Below, one piece after another: positions 58,119-64,000 of a stretch of 64,000 bases of DNA (its first letter is position 1; every line of letters starts with the position of its first letter). The stretch comes from Gemmatimonadota bacterium. GTDB lineage: Bacteria > Gemmatimonadota > Gemmatimonadetes > Palauibacterales > Palauibacteraceae. Made by a program: the position numbers and the translations under genes. Location: NCBI GenBank assembly GCA_963666735.1, contig OY762926.1:1536001-1600000 (forward strand), given 5' to 3'. Below the pieces are notes generated by a model. That model was not told where the DNA came from, ran no database searches, and was given only the letters and a program-made list of their open reading frames with translations.

Positions 58119-60047
58119 TTACCCAGCGCATCGTCGGTTGCCGCCGCGACGAGCGTGGAGGGCCAGTACCACTCCCCCCAACAGCACCCCGGCGACCCGC
58201 ACCGCGTCGTTCGGGATCAGGATGAGGGCCCCAGCCACCGCGAACAGGGCGCGCTCGGCGGCGCTGCACGCGGCCACCGCGAAGCCTTCGATCGCGTACG
58301 CGACGACCGAGATGAGCGCTACGGTGCAGACGATGGCGAAGACGAACGCCGTCACCGAGGTCCCGTCGACCAGGATGAGCGCCGAATAGGCCATCATCGC
58401 CGGCACGATGAAGAAGCCGAGGGAGAGCTTCACGGCCTGCGTCGCCGTCCGCATGGGCGCCGAACCCGCCACTCCCGCCCCCGCGAAGGCGGCGAGCGCG
58501 ATGGGCGGCGTCACGTTCGACGTCTGCGAGAGCCAGAAGATGATCATGTGCGCGACGAGAAGGGAGAGCCCCAGGCCCTCCAGCGCCGGCGCCGCCATGA
58601 CCGAGATCACGATGTAGGCCGCCGTCACGGGCAGTCCCATTCCGAGGACGAGCGCCGCGACGGCGATGAAGATGAGCGCAAGCCAGAGCAGCCCGCCCGC
58701 CGCCTGCACGACGGACTCCGTGAACTGGAGGCCGATCCCGGTCTGTCCGATCACGCCCACGACGATCCCGGCCGTCGCGCACGCGAGCGAGATCGGCAGC
58801 GCGAGCACCGCTCCCGCCCGCAGCCCCTCCAGGATCGTGCGCCATCCGACCCGCGTCCCCTTCCTCGCCATCCCCGTGACGACGACCGCGAGGCAGCCCA
58901 CCGCGCCGACCAGCGGGGGCGAGTAGTTGAGGAGGAGGAGCGCGACCACGAGCCCGAGCGGAAGGAGGAAGTGGACGCCCTCGCTCAGCGTGCGCCGCAC
59001 CGGCGGCGGGTTCTTCATCCCCCGCAGCCCCAGTTTCAGGGCCATGAGGTGGACGAAGAGGAGCGTGCACCCGAAGTAGAGGATCGCGGGGGCGATGGAG
59101 AGCGCCACGATCTCCCGGTACGGCGTGTTCGTGAAGTCCGCCATGATGAACGCGCCGGCGCCCATGATCGGCGGCATGATCTGGCCGCCGGTGGACGCGG
59201 CGGCCTCGATCCCGCCCGCCTGCTCGGGACGATAGCCGAGCTTCTTCATCATCGGGATCGTGAGCGCGCCCGTCGTCACGGTGTTCGCGATCGCCGAGCC
59301 GGAGATCGAACCCATGGCCGCGGAGGCGATGACGCTCGCCTTGGCCGGCCCGCCCCGGAAGCGGCCCGCGGCGGCGAAGGCGAGGTCGATGAAGAAGCGC
59401 CCCGCCCCCGTCACCTCGAGAAACGCGCCGAAGAGGACGAAGATGAACACGGTCCCGGCCGCGATCCCCAGCGGCGTGCCGAACAGCCCCGCCCCCGTGA
59501 AGATCTGGAAGCGCAGGATGCGCTCGAGGGTGAAGCCGCGATTCGCGATCACGTCGGGCAGCAGGTCCCCGAGCCCGGCGTAGAGGAGGAAGACGAGGCC
59601 CACGGCGACCATCACCCAGCCCACGGCGCGGCGCGTCGCCTCGAAGAGAAGGATCACGAACACGAAACCCGCGATCAGGTCGTGCGTCGTGAGCCCGTAA
59701 AGGATGTGGTCGACCCCGCGGTAGTCGAAGCCCACGATGACCCACCCGCAGTAGAGGGCGGCCAGCGCGAGGGCGGCGTCGAGCCACGGGCTCCAGCGGG
59801 GCGCGGGCCCTTCCCCCGTCCACGATGGCTTGGCGAGGAAGGTGAGGACGACGACCCAGGCGAGGTGGATGGGCCGGCCGAGCGTGGCCGAGAGCGTGCC
59901 GGTCGTGCTCTGCCAGAGCTGGAAGAGGGACAGTCCGACCGCAAGGCCGAAGATGATGCGCCGCCACGGCGGCCGCCGGATCGTCAACGCCCTGCGGGCT
60001 GTTGCAGCCCGTGGCAAGAACCCCGCTGCGTTCGAGCGACGCTGCAT
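58119..60047 (-). CDS. TRAP transporter fused 4TM/12TM permease (TAXI-type)
   Basis: RGGPAKASV, SGSAIANTVTTG, IEAAASTGGQIMPPIMGAGAF, GMGLPVTAAY, TPPIALAAF. Confidence 0.92.
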   Translation of the reverse strand: MQRRSNAAGFLPRAATARRALTIRRPPWRRIIFGLAVGLSLFQLWQSTTGTLSATLGRPIHLAWVVVLTFLAKPSWTGEGPAPRWSPWLDAALALAALYCGWVIVGFDYRGVDHILYGLTTHDLIAGFVFVILLFEATRRAVGWVMVAVGLVFLLYAGLGDLLPDVIANRGFTLERILRFQIFTGAGLFGTPLGIAAGTVFIFVLFGAFLEVTGAGRFFIDLAFAAAGRFRGGPAKASVIASAAMGSISGSAIANTVTTGALTIPMMKKLGYRPEQAGGIEAAASTGGQIMPPIMGAGAFIMADFTNTPYREIVALSIAPAILYFGCTLLFVHLMALKLGLRGMKNPPPVRRTLSEGVHFLLPLGLVVALLLLNYSPPLVGAVGCLAVVVTGMARKGTRVGWRTILEGLRAGAVLALPISLACATAGIVVGVIGQTGIGLQFTESVVQAAGGLLWLALIFIAVAALVLGMGLPVTAAYIVISVMAAPALEGLGLSLLVAHMIIFWLSQTSNVTPPIALAAFAGAGVAGSAPMRTATQAVKLSLGFFIVPAMMAYSALILVDGTSVTAFVFAIVCTVALISVVAYAIEGFAVAACSAAERALFAVAGALILIPNDAVRVAGVLLGGVVLALHARRGGNRRCAG

Positions 60048-60090
60048 CTCGCCTGAAACGCTGCGCTCTGCGTCGCTCCTCGGTCAAATA

Positions 60091-60129
60091 GCGCTGCTAT
60101 TCTCCCTCGTCGCTCCTTGTCAGGCGAGC
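60091..60129 (-). promoter_or_regulatory. Conserved 39-bp promoter-like element, copy 2 (upstream of the TRAP permease)
   Basis: Minus strand TCGCCT-N17-GAGAAT-AGCAGCGC; 34/39 identical to copy 3. Confidence 0.6.
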
Positions 60130-60132
60130 GCT

Positions 60133-61140
60133 TCACCGCTCTCGGCGCTGACGCGGGGTTTCGCCACGGACTGCAAGCACTTCGTCGAAGTAGCGCAGGG
60201 CGCCGGGGTGGAGCGGGAAGTCGCCCACGTCGCGCGCCGAGGGCGGCGTGATGAAGCTCGCCACGCCGGAGATGTTCTCGAGGTCTTCGCGGCGTTCGAG
60301 CATCGTGCGCGTGAGATCGTAGGCGAGGCCCTCGTCCATCGTGCGGGAGACGACGAGGAGGTTCCAGAGCGTCGGCGTGAGCACCGGCTCATCGACGCCG
60401 CGGTAGACGCCCGGCGGCACGCGGAAGCCGCTGTACGCGGGCTCCGATCCGACGATCGTCGCGATCTCGTCCTCCGAGAAGGGGACGAGAACCATGTACC
60501 GGGAGACGCCGATCTCGACCACGGCGGGCATGCCCACGCCGCCCGCGATGAATCCGGCGTCGAGCGTCCCGTCCTTGAGCCCGTTCGACATCTGCGCGTA
60601 GTTGAGCTGCCGGACGGTGAAGTCGGACTCCTCGATCCCCATCGCCTCGAGCACGTTCCAGGCGGTGACCGCGTTCCCCGACCCCGGCGGGCCGACGGAC
60701 ACGCGGCGCCCGCGGAGATCCTGCACGGATTCGATCCCCGTGCTCCGGGTCGTCACGAGGTGCACGACGTTGGGATAGAGCTTGCCGAGGGAGGCGAGCG
60801 GCATGGGCTCCGGGAAGCGGCCGCGGCCGGCGAGGGCGGCCGCGAGGGCGTCCGCCTGCGTGAACCCGACCTCGCTCTCCCCCTTGGCGACCTGGATGAG
60901 GTTCGTCACGGAGCCGGCCGTCGTCTCGGCCTTCATGTTCACGCCGTCCACGTGGCGGGACCAGATGGACGCGAGGCCCCCGCCGAGCGGGTAGTAGAGG
61001 CCGTTCGTGTTACCCGTGGCGATCGAGAGCGTCCTCTGCCCCCCACCGCCGCAGCCGGCAGCGACGAAGACCGCTGCGCCGCCGATGCTTCCTGCGACCA
61101 CTGTCACGAGACGACGCAGGACGATCCCGCGCCGCGTCAT
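60133..61140 (-). CDS. TAXI family TRAP solute-binding lipoprotein
   Basis: AAGC lipobox, IATGNTNGLYYPLGG, TAGSVTN, DLRGRRVSVGPPGSG, PLHPGALRY. Confidence 0.92.
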   Translation of the reverse strand: MTRRGIVLRRLVTVVAGSIGGAAVFVAAGCGGGGQRTLSIATGNTNGLYYPLGGGLASIWSRHVDGVNMKAETTAGSVTNLIQVAKGESEVGFTQADALAAALAGRGRFPEPMPLASLGKLYPNVVHLVTTRSTGIESVQDLRGRRVSVGPPGSGNAVTAWNVLEAMGIEESDFTVRQLNYAQMSNGLKDGTLDAGFIAGGVGMPAVVEIGVSRYMVLVPFSEDEIATIVGSEPAYSGFRVPPGVYRGVDEPVLTPTLWNLLVVSRTMDEGLAYDLTRTMLERREDLENISGVASFITPPSARDVGDFPLHPGALRYFDEVLAVRGETPRQRRER

Positions 61141-61177
61141 CTCGCTCTCCCAGTCACTGGCACCCGCATCAGCCGCT

Positions 61178-61216
61178 CCCCTCTGCGCTGCCCCTCTGCG
61201 TTGCCCCTCTGCGCTG
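61178..61216. repeat. Three tandem 13-bp repeats CCCCTCTGCG(C/T)TG in the TAXI leader
   Basis: Read directly. Confidence 0.85.
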
Positions 61217-61231
61217 CGCCTCCGTCGCACG

Positions 61232-61270
61232 GCGCTGCTATGCTCCCTCGTCACACCGTGTCAGGCAAGC
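61232..61270 (-). promoter_or_regulatory. Conserved 39-bp promoter-like element, copy 3 (upstream of the TAXI gene)
   Basis: Minus strand TTGCCT-N17-GAGCAT-AGCAGCGC. Confidence 0.6.
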
Positions 61271-61365
61271 GCCCACCCGCCCGGACGCCCGGCACTCCGC
61301 CTCCGGCTCGTCACCTCGGGCCCCCGTTTCCTCGGTGGCCGTTGCTTCACACTCCCTCAGTAACC

Positions 61366-61394
61366 TTGTAAATCCGGCACGGCATACCTAAAAT
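61366..61394 (+). promoter_or_regulatory. Sigma70-like promoter TTGTAA-N17-TAAAAT, probable leaderless transcript
   Basis: ATG 61401 begins 7 nt after the -10 box, no SD sequence. Confidence 0.6.
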
Positions 61395-61400
61395 GCAACC

Positions 61401-62615
61401 ATGAACAGTATGATGATCCCCCGATTGCTGCGGCCGCAGGTTGAGGAGCACCTCTCGCTCTTCCCCGCGGTCGGACTCCTCGGTCCGCGTCAGGCCGGGA
61501 AGACGACGCTGGCGAGGATGATCGCCGACGCCCGGGCCGAAACCCACCTCGGGGAGCCTGGCCGGTCGCCGGGCGGCCTGTACCTGGATCTGGAGAATCC
61601 CGCGGACCTCGCGCGGCTGGCCGAGGGATCGGGGTATCTTGAGGGAGTGGCGGACCGACTCGTCGTGCTCGACGAAATCCAGCGGGCGCCGGAGCTGTTC
61701 CGTGAGCTGCGGGGGATCATCGACCGGAGGATCCGGCGCGGCGAGCGGGCTGGACAGTTCCTCATCCTCGGATCCGCCTCGCTCGACCTGCTGCGCCAGT
61801 CCGGAGAGAGCCTCGCGGGCCGTATCGGCTATCTGGAACTCGGCCCCCTGGATGCGCGCGAAATCGAGGAGAGCCAACTCCTGCGCCTGTGGAGCCGCGG
61901 AGGTTTCCCGCCGAGCTTTCTCGCCCCGTCGGACGAGGCGAGCGCGCTATGGCGGGAGAACTTCATCCGGACCTATCTCGAGCGCGACATCCCTCAGCTG
62001 GGACCGCGTATCCCCGCCGAGACGCTGCGTCGCCTCTGGACGATGCTCGCGCACTCGCAAGGCGGGCTGTGGAACGCCTCGACCTTCGCGCGGAGTCTGG
62101 GCGTGGACGGAAAAACCGTCGCCCGGTACGCGGATCTGCTCGTCGATCTCCTCCTCGTGCGCCGGCTGCAGCCGATCCACGTGAACGTCCGCAAGCGGCT
62201 CGCGAAATCACCGCGCCTCTACCTCCGCGACAGCGGAGTCCTGCACGCGCTGCTCCGCATCCCGGACGTCGACTATCTGCTCGGCCACCCCATCGCAGGC
62301 GCCAGCTGGGAGGGCTTCGCGATCGAAACCCTGATCCGGGCGGCGCCGGACCGGCTCTCACGGCCGGGCTTCTACCGGACGGCGACCGGGGTGGAGATCG
62401 ACCTGATCCTGGAAGTGCCGGGACCCCGAAGGTGGGCCATCGAGATCAAGCGCGGGCTCGCGCCGCGGATCGGAAAGGGGTTCCGCATCGCGCTCGAGGA
62501 CGTGAAGCCCGACAGGGCCTTCGTCGTATACGGCGGTGACGACCGCTATCCGGCCGGAGGCGGAGTCGAGGTCATCGGCCTGCGGGAACTGGCGACCGAG
62601 CTGGCCGGTCTTTGA
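61401..62615 (+). CDS. AAA_14 ATPase with DUF4143-like domain
   Basis: GPRQAGKTT, LDEIQ, ESLAGR, KSPRLYLRDSG, EIDL...IEIK. Confidence 0.9.
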   Translation: MNSMMIPRLLRPQVEEHLSLFPAVGLLGPRQAGKTTLARMIADARAETHLGEPGRSPGGLYLDLENPADLARLAEGSGYLEGVADRLVVLDEIQRAPELFRELRGIIDRRIRRGERAGQFLILGSASLDLLRQSGESLAGRIGYLELGPLDAREIEESQLLRLWSRGGFPPSFLAPSDEASALWRENFIRTYLERDIPQLGPRIPAETLRRLWTMLAHSQGGLWNASTFARSLGVDGKTVARYADLLVDLLLVRRLQPIHVNVRKRLAKSPRLYLRDSGVLHALLRIPDVDYLLGHPIAGASWEGFAIETLIRAAPDRLSRPGFYRTATGVEIDLILEVPGPRRWAIEIKRGLAPRIGKGFRIALEDVKPDRAFVVYGGDDRYPAGGGVEVIGLRELATELAGL

Positions 62616-62967
62616 TCGCGACCACCCCGGGTGTACGTGGCGTCCAGTGATTCCCCAAGTAATGAGCCTTGGGCGACACCGGGCTCACCACCGGAACGAC
62701 CTAGTGCGCCGCCACCGCAGCCGCCCAAAGGATTCCGCCACCGGGCGACGCCCGGGCGCTGCGTGGCGGCCCGCCATCTGAAGGGTGCCCGGCCAAGACG
62801 CCGTCTGTCCCTACCTCCGGCTTCTCGTGCGGCTCCGGCCGATCCGCGTTGTGTCGAGCGCCCCGCTCGTTACGCCGCTAGCCCTAAAACAGGCGCGATC
62901 CACGCGCGAACCCTTGTTAAAAGGTACCGGAAAGGCTTATCCTGATTGTCGATAGCGGATTCGAACG

Positions 62968-64000
62968 ATGGACGCCCGATCCCAACCAGGAGGCCTTTCC
63001 GGTGAACGGAATATCGCACAGGCAGAGCCGAAGGAACAGTGCCGGCGGAAGCGGAGAGTGGAGTCGCGGCGGGCGGGGGCGAGGCGGCGGGGCTCCCGGC
63101 CGAAGCCCGTGTTTTCGGCGGGCGGGCTCCGCTACGAGATCGGGGCGCGGACGAGCGCGATGAGCTTCGGGGGCATCGGCGCCGTGCGGCGCCTGGTGTC
63201 GAAGCTTTCGCTGGCGCGGGAGATCGACCGGCGACTGGATCTTCTGAAGCGGCACCTGCCGTACCACGAGTCGGACCACGTGCTGAACATCGCCTACAAC
63301 CTGCTGTGCGGGGGCGCGCGGCTGGAGGATCTGAACGGCCTGCGCCACGACGCGGCGTACATGGACGCCCTGGGCGCGGACGTGATCCCCAGTCCGACGG
63401 CGGCGGGCGACTTCACGCGGCGCTTCTCCGAGTCGGACGTGGTCGAGCTCATGGAGTGCGTCAACGCGGTCAGGCCCAAGCTGTGGCGGGGCCGGGGCCG
63501 GGATCTGCTGGAGCCGGTGGCCCATATCGACGTGGACGGGACGCTGGCGCCCACGCTGGGCCGCAAGAAGGCGGGCATGGACATGTCCTACAAGAAGGTG
63601 TGGGGCTACCACCCGCTGGTCGTGTCGCTGGCCAACACGGCCGAGGTGCTCTACGTGGTGAACCGGCCGGGCAACGCGGTGAGCCACGCCGGCGCGGCGG
63701 AGTGGATCGACCGGGCCATCGACCTGGTGGCGCCGTACGCGGAGCGGGTGTGCGTGCGCGGGGACACGGACTTCTCGCTGACCGTCAACTTCGACCGCTG
63801 GAGCGAGCGGGCGGACTTCATCTTCGGCTACGACGCCCATTCGGCGCTGGTGCGGCGGGCCGAGGCGCTGGAGGAGGACGACTGGAAGCCTCTGGAGCGC
63901 AAGCCCCGCCACGTGTCCCGGACGGGGAAGACGCGGAGTGGGCGGGAGGACGTGAAGGGGCGGATCGTGCGCGAGCGCGGTTACGTGAACAAGCGGCTCA
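62968..64000 (+). mobile_element. IS1380 family transposase, runs off window end
   Basis: Manual translation: GGIGAV...HLPYHESDHVLNIAYNLLCGG...IPSPTAAGDFTRRF...IDVDGT...GYHPL...RGDTDF; start and left IR uncertain. Confidence 0.85.

Overview
GC-rich bacterial chromosomal window. Gene content and style suggest Gemmatimonadota, which is an inference. Core/metabolic blocks: acyltransferase, B12 radical SAM, Vgb-like propeller with a Reeler-like protein, an NrfC-NrfD/molybdopterin oxidoreductase/TorD operon, aldehyde dehydrogenase, cysC, TetR-RND efflux, ggt, a form II coxSLM-like cluster, a PadR cluster, typA and a TAXI-TRAP transporter. A ~15.5 kb defence island (about 42.5-57.9 kb) holds a HEPN-motif gene, a type III R-M system whose mod gene is split by an IS3 element, an intact short prokaryotic Argonaute operon, and a Menshen-like DUF262/ATPase/effector trio with a frameshifted first gene. 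The best novelty candidate is the Argonaute operon, whose APAZ partner carries an N-terminal SMEK-like nuclease domain rather than TIR or SIR2. Also present: IS630, a partial IS1380, tandem Zn-ribbon paralogues, and a conserved 39-bp promoter-like element found three times upstream of unrelated genes. No CRISPR array, tRNA or rRNA was seen. All family calls come from motif recognition by eye, not from database searches.
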